DNA from: Camelus dromedarius
Lineage: Eukaryota
Direction of reading: 5' to 3'
DNA length: 64,000 nucleotides
Assembly: GCF_036321535.1 (NCBI RefSeq)
Contig: NC_087437.1
Span: 107,758,001 to 107,822,000 of the forward strand
Shown here in pieces: positions 49,690 to 63,490 of this stretch. Both the position numbers and the translations under genes were made by a program. The notes beneath the pieces were generated by a model, which saw nothing but the letters and a program-made list of their open reading frames with translations, was not told where the DNA came from and searched no databases. Every line of letters begins with the position of its first letter. Within the stretch, counting starts at the first letter, position 1.

Positions 49690-52210
49690 TTTATTTCATC
49701 TAAGTTGCCATGTTTATTAGCATAAAATTCTTAACAATCTTTTAGAATCCTTTTAAAAGCATATAATATCTCTATTTGTATAACTTCTTACATGCCTGAC
49801 ATTGGTAGTGGGTCTTTCCTTCTATGTTTTTCTTGATCAGACTAGCTAGAGATCATATATATTATTAAACTTCTCAAAGAATATACGTTTTGTTATTAAT
49901 TTTCCTTATATGTTCATGTTCTTTTTCATTGATATCTTTTATCTTCATAGTGTTCTTTCTAATTACTTTGGGCTTACTTGGTTCTTTTCCTCTAACCTTT
50001 TAATGGAGAAGATTTAATGATTGATTTTTAGTAATTATATATTATAAAAGCAATTATATATATGTGCATATGTGTGTATGTATATACGTATATATACATA
50101 CACACACGTATATATGGAATATAGAGTTGTAAGTTCCCTCTAAACATTTCTTTAGCTGTATCTTAAAAACTTTATGTAAGATGTTTCCATTAACATTTAA
50201 TTTGAATTATATATAACATTTAATTTGAAACTTCTCTAATGATTTCTTGTTTGACTCATGGGTTGATTATAAGTAAATTACAAGTGTCTGGGGTTTTTCT
50301 AGCTATATTATTTTTATAATCTTCTTACTCAGTTCCATCATAGTTAAATACTCTTTTGATATCAGTAAAATATGCTGTATGATTTCAATGGTTTAAAATG
50401 TACTGAGAATTGTTTCATGTCCCAAAATTGTGTCTGCCTGGTAAATGTATCATTTGAATTTGAAAAGAATATATATTCTACCTTTATTGACTTTAGTGTT
50501 CTCTAAACATCGATTAAGTCAAGGTGGCTGATGGTGTCGAAAATATCATTTAGATCTATATCAATTTGGTGATTTTTCTTCCATTACTCTGTCGATTTTG
50601 AAAAAGAAGTATTTATATTGCCAACTATGATTATGAAACTGCCCGTTTCTCCCCTTAATTTTCTGTTTTTCCTTTATACACTCAAAAATTCTGTTACTGA
50701 ACACATTGACATTTATGGTTGCTATGTCTCCTGAATTTATCTTTTGTCATTTATGAAGTTTCCCTCTTTAATTCTGGTGATATACTCTGTCTTGAAAACT
50801 TTTATTCAAAATTAATAGAATTATTTTAGTCTTCTTATACTTAAGGCTTGAGTTATATACATTTTCCCTTCATTTACTCTCAAACTAAATTTGTCTTTAA
50901 ACATACGTCCTTTGTAGGTAGCATATAATTTGTTTTGTTTTTCAATCCATCCTGAAAATATTACTTTTACTTGGATTGCTTAATCTATTAACAATGAATG
51001 TAATTAATATGCTTATTTTCTGATCAACATTTTTTAGTGTTTTCTGCTTTTCATCTCTGTCTCAGTCTTCTGATTCTCTTTTATGTCATTTGTTGGATTA
51101 TTTGAGCATGTTTTACAATTCTACTTATATTATTCTGTTGGCTTTTTAGCTACAGTTTTTTCACTTTTTTATGACTGGAATAAGGATTACAATGTACAAC
51201 CTAAAATCTTTCTAGTTTCTTTATGTACTGTAATATATTTATAGTATATTTATGTACTACTTTGCCTAAAATATTAAAATCTTGTTACAGTTGTTTCATT
51301 ACGTTTACATACTTACAAACATACAAGACTATGTTTTATACAGATATGGATATGAGTATAGGTGTAGATATAGATACAGATGTGGATACGTAGTTTATAA
51401 AAAACTAAGATTAAAATGTCAAAAATAAAAAAAGTCCTATCTATCCTGATATTTCAGATGTTTTTCCTACTTTTCTAAGAATATAGCCTTTCCTCTGCTA
51501 TCATTGTCTTTCAGTCTGAAGAACTTCCTTTTAACACTTCTTTTAGAGCAGATCTATTGGTAATGAATTCATCTGGTTTTCTTTTACCTGAAAATACTCT
51601 TATATTTCACTTTAATTATTGAAGAATGTTTTTGATGGATGTAGAACTCTTTCCATTTTTTTTTTCTTTCAGCACTTTAACATTGCTGTTTCCATCTTTT
51701 CTTTTTTATAAGGATTCTGGTGAGAACTCAGCCACTAATTGGAATTTTGTCTCCTTGTGTGTAATGTTGATTTCCCTTGTTACTTTTAAAATCTAGTCTT
51801 TATCTTTGACTTTCAACCATTGAAATGTGGTGCACTTTATTTTGAACTTTTTTTCCTTTTTTCTGCTTGATCTCCACAGGGCATCTTATATTTGCAATTC
51901 TATGCCTTTCATCAAATTTGGAAAATATTAAGCATTATTTCTTACATATATTTTGTCCTCAATTTTTGCTCCTTCTACTATTCCAATTATATATGTAACA
52001 TACTATTTAAGATCATCAAACAAGTCCTTTATTCATTTATTTGTTTTTCTCACCATGTTTTACCTTAGATCATTTTCATTGATTTATCATGAAGTTCATT
52101 ACTCTTTCCTTTGTCAAGTCTATTCAGCTATTAAGTCCATCCAAGGACATTTCTGAAAATATATTTTTCAGTTCCAAAATGATCAATTCTAGAATTACTT
52201 TTGATATTGT
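49690..52210 (-). mobile_element. Old L1M: ORF2 5' part, spacer and ORF1 (decayed)
   Basis: T-rich; ttcttgatcagactagctagag, tttgaaaagaatatatattct, cagtctgaagaacttcctttta, ttctttcagcactttaa, ttcatcaaatttggaaaat. Confidence 0.85.
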
Positions 52211-53480
52211 TTTTTTCCTCCATCTGGTACCTGCTGTGGCACAAAACACATTTCCAGGATGGAAATGGAAAATTAGCATAGTATACAAAAGGAGCATAGA
52301 GACAAAAAACCAAATGCACATTTCACTAGAGTGTTTATGCAATAAATGAGAGAATTTTTGCCATATATTTGGTTATGAGAACTTTGGGACAATTTGAATG
52401 TATTATTAAAATGTTGCGAAAATGCTATTGTTGCTTTTGTTACTAAGCAACACAGTTCACTAATGTAACTATTGTTAATTCTTGGCAGATGTCTATGCTA
52501 TGAGCATATGCTCAGTTATCTAATTCCTAAAGAATCTTAATTAAAAACAAACTTTGGGGAGTGTCTACATATGTACTTAATGCCATCATGGAACTATTGA
52601 AATAATGTTACCACTATCATAACATTAAGAAAAGACAGAGAAGCATAATTATGATAAACATACCAGTGTCAATGTAAGTGATTAATATAATGAAATCTTA
52701 CTTATTAAAAGCATTTTCAAGTCAAAAATAAGTACAGCAATATTTTAGGTGCTCCTTGGAAAACAGTGACAAAATGAGATTAGTTTGATGTGTATTTATT
52801 GCTAGTTAAGGAATTTTAACTATTGAAATACCTTAGTAATAAGAGTAGAATTGTGACTTGGTTTTATATAAAAACCCTTTTGGTCTTCTGTTTGATATGT
52901 TGATAATGTTTTAGAATAATGCATGTAAATGTACACACATTCTTGTGTATATGTAGAACCATGCACACAAACAGATCTCACCTATTGGATGATCTCAACT
53001 TTCCTCAGCCTGCAAGCGAGCCACAATATGTGTCTAGCCTCATGGGATAGTTCAAAGTTCATAGGCTAATGCTCCTGCACGTTGTCCACAGAAGAATGTC
53101 TCAAACATGTATGCAGCATCTGATTGCACAGAATTCTGAAACACTCACAGTACACAAGAAATACAGTATTTGGAGGAAACAGATTCTAATGTGAATGACA
53201 GCACATATACCATAACACAATTGTATCTGAACATCAAAAATGAAAGCAATAGAGATTAAAAAGACAATACCATTCTAGGCAGGAAAGAATATTTCGTCAA
53301 GCTAATTACTCATTATTTTCTACTGAAATTTTATTTTTCCTCTAGATCATTAAGTTTTACTCTTACATTCTTTGTATCACCCAGATTCCAAGGATTCCTT
53401 ACTTTCATTCCTTGATCTCTGGATTAGGATGCAAAAAAGAATGTCTCTTCATTTTTCCCGTTTGTACAAAATAAATATAA

Positions 53481-53540
53481 CATAATAATCATAATGGTAA
53501 TAATAACAATAGCAACAACAACAATAGTAATAATAATACA
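53481..53540. repeat. Degenerate (AAT/AAC)n tract
   Basis: cataataatcataatggtaataataacaatagcaacaacaacaatagtaataataata. Confidence 0.9.
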
Positions 53541-53999
53541 TTAGGTGTCTCCCATAGCACTAGTTGAAATTGATCGCAACTAAATTAGGACCTCATTTGC
53601 CAAAAGTATTTGTTTGTGGTTGGTGGAAGAGGGAGACAGTTTCTTGGTTCCTTTAACTTAGAAGGTCAGACAGAGCAGATTTAAATTATAGTTCTGAGTC
53701 CATGAAGTCTGTCAATATATGTATATATTTTTAATAATTCTCTTTTATTGTTCCTTCTGTTCTTTGAAAATATTAGTTTTATTTCAAAATCAGATCTCTT
53801 ACAATATGACAACTGCTACAACAGAATTTTATTTTCTTTAGAAGACAATTCAAAGTATTTAAAACTTTATTCATTTTTCTAAGAGTGATTCAATTATTAT
53901 AAAACATATCAATAGGCATAATAATACATAAGAAAGAAGAAAATAATCTTACATACCATTTTTAAATTAAAAATGTATTTTTAAAAAATTACATTAAAG

Positions 54000-54260
54000 T
54001 ATGAATATTACTCAACAGAATTGATTAAGCTACAGTAAAAAAAAAAATGACCCCTAAATCTCAATGTCTTAGACCTCTAAAATTTATCTTTATCTTTTGC
54101 TCCCATAAGGTCTGCTGGTTGTCCAAACCACTCTGCAGAACAACTTTCTTCAGTGGGTTGATATAATCCTTTCGGCTCTTTCAGTCTTATAGGAACTCTG
54201 TGTCAATGTGTCAATGTTTCATTTGTCTATTGCCATTTGAGAGAGAGAGTTAAGGAGTTA
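54000..54260 (-). mobile_element. Old MLT1-type LTR fragment
   Basis: taagctacagtaaaa...tgacccctaaatctcaatgtcttag...aaatttatctt. Confidence 0.6.
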
Positions 54261-54809
54261 TAACAGGGTCAGACAGGAAGTTGGAAGTTCCAAATAGTCT
54301 CTGGACAGGGCCAGAGGGAAATTCCTTTCATTGTTTGAAAGAAATATGCTTAAGACTCAAGAGACTTCAGGAAAATAAGAGTGGAGGGCTTCCCCTAACC
54401 CTACAGAAGTGGAGACAGAGACGCCAGGCAGGGCTGATCTTCCCTGATCTTAGTCCAAGCCTCTCCTCCTCCTAAAATCAAATTTGGATTATGCTGAACC
54501 ATAGAAAACCCCATGGACTTTAAAAACAGAAATAAATGTCACATTTGGTTAAGAATTACAAAGGACAGTTGCAGAGAGAAAAAGGAAGAAAAAGAACATA
54601 TTTGCATGGTCAGAAACTTACACTGATACTCATGAACGGGACACTTATTCAAATATATTTAAATGATTTCTCAATAGCAGGATCAACTTGTCACCGCATG
54701 GAGACGTGAGGAGAAGGGAAAGCTAGACAGCTAATGGGTAATCAGGGAGAGTTGGGGGAGACAGGGCTGACAGTGATGGAAACTTCTACTGTAGCCCCGA
54801 AGCAAGTCC

Positions 54810-54990
54810 TAGACCAGAAGTAAAACTTAGGTTCTAGTCCTCATTCTACCAATCCTACCTCCATGATCTCATGAAAATCATTTATCCAGTCTCCAGCTTC
54901 AGTTTTCTCATCTCCAAAAAAAGAGACAATATTTTGAGGCAATGTATGTGGATGTGCTTTGTAACATTTTAAGTCTTCCATAAAAGCAAG
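54810..54990 (+). mobile_element. MIR fragment
   Basis: taggttctagtcctcattctaccaa...tgatctcatgaaaatcattta...cttcagttttctcatctccaaaa. Confidence 0.8.
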
Positions 54991-55176
54991 TTTGGGGTTG
55001 GTGATATTATCAAATGTTTGCTGAATTCAACCAAAATTAGTTTATAGTGTCATAACGGCAATATGCCTACCACTAAACACTTGCCAGTCTATCATTTATA
55101 AGCTGTGTGATTCCTAACATTAAAGGATGAAACCATCATGAGAGCACTGCTATGATTATTTCAGGTAAATGAGTAA

Positions 55177-55216
55177 AAATGTTTCAAGTTTACTCAAATG
55201 TTTCAAGTTTACTCAA
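55177..55216. repeat. 19-bp tandem duplication (aaatgtttcaagtttactc x2)
   Basis: Exact copies at 55177-55195 and 55196-55214. Confidence 0.95.
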
Positions 55217-56539
55217 TTACTCACAATGGGAGATTAGGAATGATAGATTATTAAGAATACAAAAGCAGAGCGTTAGAAATACAGAAATCCACTGCCTGCG
55301 AGCTGACTAAACAAGCATTTAATTAATTTACTCTCCAAAATACACATTGTCAGTTTGAGAACTCTCTTACTGGAGTCAATCTTCTTTTCCACTTATTTTT
55401 TCTTACCATCTAGGTGACTTTAGATTACTACGAAAGAGTATCGGTAATATTATCATCTTGACCAGCCCCAAATATCTGTTAAAATCAGTAATTTAAATGT
55501 CTGCAAACCAGTATAAGTGCCCAAAAGAACACCTGGTATTTTAGATGTTCAATAAATATTTGCTAAATAAACGAACAAACATCACTCTCCTGCACTATGG
55601 CCACATCCCTGCTTTCCTACACAATAGTAAGAAGCAAAAATTCAAAACTTTGCATCTAATGACAGTGGATCAAAAATCCCCATTAGTAAATAAGGGCCTG
55701 ACCTATAAGAAAAATTTCCTATAAAAATAACTTGAAAATTGTGTAATAGTTAATGATCGTGTAACTTCAGAATATGTTTCTACCAAATGGACTAAATTTT
55801 GCTTGCTTTAATTTCTAATTTGTAAGCCTATCCCTTTGGAATGATCTATGTTGCTTTGCATAACTTTGATTCCTTTGATATTCTTCCAGCCAGACTCTCT
55901 CTTAATAGTTGTCTCCTCAAATTGCATTGGGATCTGGGAGTCCCCTTATAATCCTTCAAAAATACCCCAGTTTCTTCCTAGCCCATTAAAAACTAATCAT
56001 GGCATCTCTGTGAGAGGATTTGTGAAGAAGTAGACGCGTTTAGTTGTGTATAATTATAAGACCTTTAACTCTGCTACTGATTCCAGCAGCTTTTCTTACG
56101 TCTTCTGTTTGCACAACAAGCACTCAGCCCATTGCTGTCCAACAGTAAGCGGTGCTCTAAGAGCCTCCAGGAGAAATGGTTTCCTGTGGCTTATAACAAA
56201 AGGCAGAGCAAATCTTGGTCTACAGAGCCTGAGAAGTCTATTCACTGTGTTTAGCGTTAATCCCAACTTCCTGCCCAGCTTTCTTTCAAAAGGATTTAGC
56301 TTTAAATCTTAAATCTTTCAGCAGACATAGAGAGTTCAGAGAAACAGTAATTATGAAAAATTTATAATTGCCACAAATTGAAGGAATTTCTATAATAATC
56401 AGTCTGCCGACATGAGGTTAGCTATCCAGTTCGTCATATCTAAAAGAGTAACTGATCTTGAATAGAAAATGAGTGGCCACTTGAAAATTGTGTTTGCTGA
56501 AACACAAATGCTTAATATATCGAAGTATCCATTTTGATA

Positions 56540-56790
56540 CTAAGAGCTGACACTTGAATGCTTACAATTATTTTCAGACACTATTGTTAATGTTTTACAT
56601 TCAGTCTCCACAATAATCTCACAAAGTAGGTCTCTTACTGCAAACTCCACTTTACTTCGGAGGAAACTGAAGTCAAATCAAGTCCAAGTCAGTTGCTCCT
56701 TATTAGCTGGAAGTGACAGACCTGAGATTTTTAACCCTAGACCATCGGGGACCGGAGCTCTTGCTTTTAATCATAGCATTGCATGGCCTC
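56540..56790 (-). mobile_element. MIR
   Basis: agctgacacttgaatgcttac...ctccacaataatctcacaaagtagg...ggaggaaactgaagtc. Confidence 0.8.
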
Positions 56791-57986
56791 AAAATGATAC
56801 AGAAGGCTCTAAATTGTGTATATGGAATGATCATTTCTTCTCTCTACGTGATCTTATGGGATGTGAATTTTTTGATAAAAAAGCAACTATGAAAAACTGA
56901 AAGTTATTATTATTTCATTTCATTTATTTATTTTGCCCAGCAGAAAGAGTTAAAAAGAAAGATGATACTGTTATTTCTTATTGAAAAGTATTTGATCAAA
57001 TAACAATATCTTCCTTCTCCAAATATTAAGTAGATAACAAGGACTGGGACTCCTATCTCTATAGGAAGACTTAAAACAATGTGGAGAAGATGGATGTGTC
57101 AGTTCTTAAAGCCTAACCATCACTTTCAGACACACTGAGGCCATCCCCAAGTGGGAACAATGAGGTAGGTACCATGATGGTGCCCGTATCCTGTCACCTC
57201 CTCTGTTCCTTCCCTTGGTCCTTCAGAGAAGCTAGCAGTGGTTTCTGTTAGACTGTTCCTCAGTCCCGTGGACCCAGGCAGCAGCTTGCTTGGAAGAGTT
57301 GTCCAACATCTTTGATTTCTAGTAATGAAATTGATGGTGGCTCTAAGACATCCCAGTGATAAGTAACCATAATTCTGGGATTTCATAGCCAGTCTGAGGG
57401 TAGAATTAATCAGAATCAGACCATCAATTCTACATCTACATTCTGGTTCCAATCCCAGAGAACTTTTAAGCTGAAAGAGTAAGTTCATTGGCCTCAGAGA
57501 GAATGGAATTTCTCTCCTGAATGCATGTGGGTCTGTCACAGTCACCTGTCAATGGTTAGTTTAGTCCTCTGTCTCTAGTATTTTCTCAGGATGCTAAGGA
57601 GTCTCTGTGTCCACGCTCTACCTGTTTGGTCTGTCTCAGTGTGATGTCTGCTTTAGACTGTGTAATGAAATGTGCCTATTAGACCTAGACTTTGCTCACC
57701 TATTATCTGCTGTCCCTGAGGCTTGTACAGAGATCCCCTCTATGTCATGTGGCCCCAGTGTTCCTCCACACCTTCACACAACCACAGTGTGTCTTTGCCT
57801 TCAGTGGTTTAGCGTTATCCTCCCAGCAGATCTTCTAGGGCACAGCTCGGAGCAGTGGTCCTGCAGCACTGTGCACTCTTCAGTGACAGGGACCTTATCC
57901 CATTTTCATGTCAGTGATACAGGCTCATGGATACATTATAGGCCTTTCCGTATCCTACAACATGAAACTGCTCCACATCTAAAATC

Positions 57987-58122
57987 TTTTTTTTTTTTTG
58001 TTTGGGGGTGGGTAATTAGGTTTATTTATGGAATTTACTTTTAGAGGAGGTACTGGGGATTGAACCCAGGACCTCATGCATGCTAAGCATGCACTCTACC
58101 ACTTGAGCTGCACCCTCTTCCC
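57987..58122 (-). mobile_element. Vic-1-like camelid tRNA-derived SINE, full length
   Basis: Minus strand gggaagagggtgcagctcaagtggtagagtgcatgcttagcatgcatgaggtcctgggttcaatccccagtacctcc...aataaacctaattacc plus poly(A); 14-bp TSD ccacatctaaaatc/tcatatttaaaatc. Confidence 0.93.
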
Positions 58123-58374
58123 TCATATTTAAAATCGTAATCCTCAACATGCTGATATCAGAATAAATCCTCCTGTTCTTCCAGGCTCACCCTTACTTCC
58201 ATTACAGCCCTCCTTGCTTACCTAGGTGACCTGTCTCTATACCCCACATTCTCACAATAAATTGCCAGTTCTCTTTCAAGCTTTGCTTTGCACCACGTGG
58301 CTTCTTGGCCACGCCTTGTGTCTTCTCGCTATAATGACTCACCACTAACCCTGACTGGTTTGTCTCCGTGTGTC

Positions 58375-58767
58375 TGTTAGTTCAAAAACTGGCCCCCATA
58401 CATGGAGGGCAACACCAAAGAAAGAGGCAGACTGCTGTAGATTGTGAGGAGCCAGGTTTAATGAACAAGTTTCCATAGAAGGCTTATCTTGGGCTCCTGC
58501 AAGATGAGTCGATCTTTGCACTCACCTGCCAGAATCTTAAAAAGTTAATATAGAGGTCTCAGCTGGGTTCAGTCATGTATTCAGTCCAGATGGTCTCAAC
58601 GCCATCTTGCTCTCTCAAGTCTGTGTCCTTGGAAATGACTTCCACTGTGAAAACAGTGGGCAGAGTATTCACTCCAAGGACAGGGGAGGGGTGAGGGGAC
58701 TCCAGTTACCCGGGTGTAGCTCACAGGTTAACTGGTAGTTATGTCATCTTGATGACGTCCTCCAACG
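58375..58767 (-). mobile_element. Solo ERVL-class LTR
   Basis: Termini tgttag...ccaacg (CA mutated to CG) with 5-bp TSD gtgtc/gtatc; a 5-bp TSD is typical of ERVL/MaLR. Confidence 0.7.
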
Positions 58768-58989
58768 GTATCTAATTTGTTTTTTAAATCATTGATGGCT
58801 GGGTAAAGCCAACTATTCTGCCTTTTTGTTTCAACATCTCAGTTACTTAGGGCTGGTTTAAAAGATCACGTAATTGTGGGGATCGCAACACTGCAATTCA
58901 TGGTCTCCAGCCTTCAACCCTTATCTCAGTACTGCCTAGAAATGTGTCTGCATGTGCATTCTGCTCTCTCTGCTCTGCCCTTGTCTAAT

Positions 58990-59500
58990 GACTCTCAGCC
59001 AGATACAAGAACCATTTATTTAACAATGTACTAGATGTCTACAACAGGGATTTCCTTCTCAACATGTCTAAATCCCTAGTCAACTACTTTATGTTCAAAC
59101 TGCATGCCCTTCCATCGTCCCCATTTTAGTAAAAGGCAATGCTAATCATTCAGTAGCCCTGCTGAGTAATCTGGTAATTGCCTCCTCCTTTTCTCCATTT
59201 GATCAGTCACTGGGTCTATAGATTCCACTTCCTAATGATTTCTCCTCTTAGTATCCTCCCCTGCCTTATGTTTCTGGCCATTCTTGTTTCAGGTCTGAAT
59301 TATAGGCCCTGACTTCCACTTCATCAAAGGAACTCTGGCTATCCTCACACTGCTGTTTGAGAAATATTTCTGAAAGTCCAGCCAGACCGTATAACTGGAC
59401 TGCACACAATCGTGCATTGCCCATCCCAACTCACCATTTCCCCCATATAAAGGTCAAACTTGGATTATCAAGAAAGCCTCTCCCACCTCTGGCCACTTCT
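58990..59500 (+). mobile_element. L2 body fragment
   Basis: Pyrimidine-rich ctcaacatgtctaaatcc...cccattttagtaaaaggca...gattccacttcctaat. Confidence 0.6.
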
Positions 59501-59879
59501 CATAATGGACACTTCATTTCCAGCAGCCTGATTTTTTTCACTGATGGCAAAGGCTGTTCTATTCATTTTTGTTGATTTGTTATTAAAAACACATATTTCA
59601 ATTTTTGTAATTATGCAGATTTTCTTCCCTCAATTGCTAAAGTGGCCATGTTCCTCTATAACCAACATGTTTCCTCAAATCAAAGCATTTTGTTAAAGAC
59701 GTGGACATGTTAAAATCTCCGTAATCCACTATAGAGGTACACTTGTCAAAGACGGCATATGGATGCCCACCATGGGCAAGTGGACGTAGCTACAAAGAGT
59801 CCTACTTGACATAATTTGCACAGAAAATAACTGCAAATGAAAAATGTAGTAAAAATCACTGTTCCATCCTGGTGTTCTA

Positions 59880-60140
59880 AATAATATTAAACTATGTAGC
59901 ACTTTTCTAGCACCAGGAAGACTTCTAAATTGTTTACATACATGAACTCCTTCTAATGATCTCAACAGTGGTATGATTGCTACCATTTTATTTTAAAGAG
60001 GAGGAAATTGAGCTATATAGAGGACAAAACAGCTTGCCCAAATTTACACAGCTAGAAGGCCAAAGGCCTGAAGTTTGAACCTTGACAGTTTGACTCTAGT
60101 TTCTTTCTCTGTGTTTAATCATTTAGCCAAATTGCCCTCT
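59880..60140 (-). mobile_element. MIR
   Basis: ccattttattttaaagaggaggaaattgagct...cttgcccaaatttacacagctagaag...tttgaacc. Confidence 0.85.
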
Positions 60141-60789
60141 TCGGAAAAGAACAAAATGTGTAGTATTGTCTATAAAAGGATGTCCTGTATTAGGTGTTTG
60201 GTGTTCAGATAGCAAGTAGAATTTCCCAGAATACTAATCCTTTCAATACCAATAACAAATTTAATACAACCACCAAAAGAGCGAAGCCAAGAAACTCAGC
60301 CCTGGAGGTCAGGCCAGGCTGGTGGGCAGCCAAGAAATGGACAAAGGAATGTTCAGGGGCAAAGTGTAAGGGGGTTGGAGTGGGTTAAGAGGGCCAAAGA
60401 GAATAGGGGTGAAGTATGGTCAAAGCTTACAGGTTGGGACATGGATCACAGAGGGCAGAACAGGGCAAGGAGCACAGAAAAGAATTCCATCCAAATGAGG
60501 AAGCATGAAATGCCCCATTCCACTGCTAAGCTGCCAAAATTAAGAAGGTAGGCATGAGTTTAGACAGGACTGTAGAAAACAGAGATTTCTGGGTCTGGGA
60601 AAAGTTTGTGGATTTACGTGACTGCATTATTGGGATATCACTAGTTGATTTCTAAGGAAATACTGTCTTAGTTTGAGAAGTTTTCCTGGTGTGGAAAGAC
60701 TACCCAAAAGTGCAGCTCCCCAGAAAGTGGGAGGGAGAAATACGATGGAGACAGTAGAGGATTCATCTCTCATATAGCATCTTAGATAT

Positions 60790-60950
60790 TCTATTGTGAG
60801 CCTAGAGGCAAATGGACATAGTTTAAATCAAAGCTCTGCTTCTTAAAAGCTAAAAGACCTAAAGCAAGTTAATCATCATTTATTAAATGTGGATAATAAA
60901 AGGTCCTGTCTAACAGGGATGGTGAAATAATAAAAATTTTCTGAAATATA
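60790..60950 (+). mobile_element. MIR fragment
   Basis: gaggcaaatggacatagtttaaatcaaagctctgcttctta...gcaagttaa...taaatgtggataataa. Confidence 0.7.
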
Positions 60951-62429
60951 AATGGAACTCTGAGCTTTTCCAGGTAGTTATAATCATTGATTAGCAAAAA
61001 ACTTAGCTAAATATTTATATTCCTCTCCCCATTTTATAAGGATTCAAGGTAGGAACATTTAAGTATGCTGATAGTTTTTAAGAAAAATTGAATGTTAGTT
61101 TTCTACTGAATCCTCTCTACCCCTCTGTTCTGAGCAATCTTTAGAGTTTACTTCTTAATAAATAGAATAAGTTAATTTATCAAATGGCGGAGTAAAATCT
61201 ATTTAATGAGTAAAAGTATACACACCGACTTTCTTTAGTAAAGATATTGTTAGTCTGAGAATCACTTTCTTTTTAACATGAATATTCTATTGATTCACAG
61301 GCACATTTGTCAGTGTGCCATCAGTATGAATTTGTATAGACCTTGATCCAAAATTGCAATTTAGCATGTCTCTTTTTTCCAGAATAAGTGATGACCTCAG
61401 AGTGGCTGGTGGGGTTACCACTTGGGTAAGAATGTTGGAGCTGTAAAGTCAAGTCTCGATGTAAATGTAATTTCCTTAGAAGCTTAAATTATTTAGAGAC
61501 ACATTTGAAACAACTGTGAATTCCAGTAGCTAACCTGAGTTGAATATAGCCCCTGGGGTGTTATAATCTAAGGAAGTTCTGTGAAAAATCTGCTAGTTCA
61601 GAGTAGCAAAATAATTCTGCCTAACCTCTGATTCTTAACCACAGAAAGAATTAAAGGGAAACAGAAAGCCTTACATAAAGGGAGCCAAGAAAGACTGAGC
61701 GGTTGTCAACTAGCCCCAAACATTCATTTCCGGCAAATCTCTCTTAATCAACGTCACTGTTGAAGGCAATGCATTGGTAATCATATTATTATCATTTTAT
61801 AATATCTTAGAAGGGATCAAGAAGGTATAAAAGAAACATCATCTACAACGCAATTTCTCAAAGATTTATTTTCAGGTAGTCTGCTTCAGAATCACGTGGG
61901 AAACTGAAACGTCATAGAGAATGAAAACGGCCTCTGGTCCTGTAGCTCCCTAAGTGTCATGCTGGACTCCGGGCTTTGCCAGAGCTTTCTGAGCACCTTC
62001 CTGAGAATCAACCACTTTGTATCTGCACATACGGAGGGATCCTTGATAATAGCTCGCCTTCACTCTCCTGCCTCCTCCAACCATCTCAAGTGCCTCTATT
62101 TCCCTGTATTATATCTTTCCTGACTCAAAATACACCAAGTGGCTGCTGCTTTCTCAACCAAATCTGAACTGAGAAGGTCCGGGAAGAGAGAAAGTAATAG
62201 AAACTGAACATTCTTCTCTTTTATTTTTGCTAATAACTAACCTCTTTTACTCCTTTATGGTAGGAGGTCTCCAAAGTGAATCAATGTGTTGATTAAGTGA
62301 GATAAACCATTGAAGGATGAGAAAAACCAATGGGAACATCTATTTATAGTTACTCTCATTTTTTATTAAATTGTGAAAACAGATGGTTGTCAATACTTAT
62401 ATATAGTAATCCATTAAAACGTCTAATCC

Positions 62430-63490
62430 ATACTCCAACATCCAATGACAAGCCCAAGAAATCAAACTTGAGTAACACTACTGAAGTTCCTCTATGTCCT
62501 TCCTTAATTACATCGCCTCCTCCTCTGTTCTCTACCTCTCCCGCAAACCAGGTAGTGGTCATGCAACTAATTTTTTGTTTGTTTGGTTTATTTCTTTGCT
62601 CCTCTTGCAACTTGTTTTTTATTAACCTACATAATTTTTGTGAGATTTTAGTTACAGTGATATGGGTTTCTTTAGTTCACCCCTTTTTTTTTTTTTTTTT
62701 TTTACTACAGAAGAGTTTTGCATTATAAGAACGTGGTAATATACTTTCCTCTCAAGGCATATCTTGGTCCTAGTGTTTTGTGAATTTGTTCATTTGTTAG
62801 TCTTGCTTTGTTTTGCTGGTACAAACTATGCCACTGTTATGAGCATTCAGCATTCATTTACGTGACTCTTGGTGAACTTGAACGTAGGTCAAAGTTTCTC
62901 TAGGACATATTCCCAGGAGTGGGATTATGAATTTACACTTCACATTCTCAGCTTCCTTAGATGCTGCCAAATTGCCTTCAAAAATGTTTGCACTACGGTT
63001 ACAGCCTATCGGCTTTGTACGAGTTCCCATTCCTCTGCATCCTTGCCAAAACTTCATGTTTTTGAACTTGTTAATTTTTGCCAATCTGGTGGGTGTGAAA
63101 TGGCATCTCACTGTGGTTTTAATTGGAATTTCCCTAATTACCAAAGAGGTTGAAATCTTTTCATACAATTATGACACATTCATCAAATGTCTATTTGTGC
63201 ACAGTACCAATTATTAATTTGAGCTATTTTTCTTACTAATTTGTGGGAGTTTTTCATATATTCTCTTCAATAATTCTTTGTCAATTATGTATTTGTTGGC
63301 CTAGTATGCAGTGTCTCTGTTCACATTCTTTATATTTATCGATATACAGAAATGTACTAGCATTTCCTTTCTTGTTCCTTTTTGAAAGAAATCCCTTAAT
63401 ACTTACTGCAAAGACAAAAAGTTGTCTCTTAATAACATTAAAAGTATTTCATAACTTTGCCTTTCATGTGTAGGTCTTGAATCCACACTG
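62430..63490 (-). mobile_element. Old L1M 3' region (ORF2 C-terminus)
   Basis: ORF 62854-63168 gives STSLVIREIPIKTTVRCHFTPTRLAKI...IPLLGICPRE, matching L1 ORF2p ([24 protein letters not shown]...IPLLGIYP). Confidence 0.93.

Noticed and set aside
57126..58044. The two longest ORFs (139 aa and 145 aa)
   Set aside because: Both start at GTG rather than ATG, show no recognisable domain or splice context, and the second runs into a SINE tail.
58040..58122. tRNA gene (also 10995-11067)
   Set aside because: The tRNA-like head is followed by a SINE-specific tail, poly(A) and a TSD, so it is a SINE rather than a tRNA gene.
21..63473. The short ORFs in the six-frame track as protein-coding genes
   Set aside because: All are 60-145 aa, many start at non-ATG codons, and compositions are those of AT-rich or low-complexity DNA. 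The only recognisable peptides are L1 ORF1/ORF2 and MaLR internal remnants.
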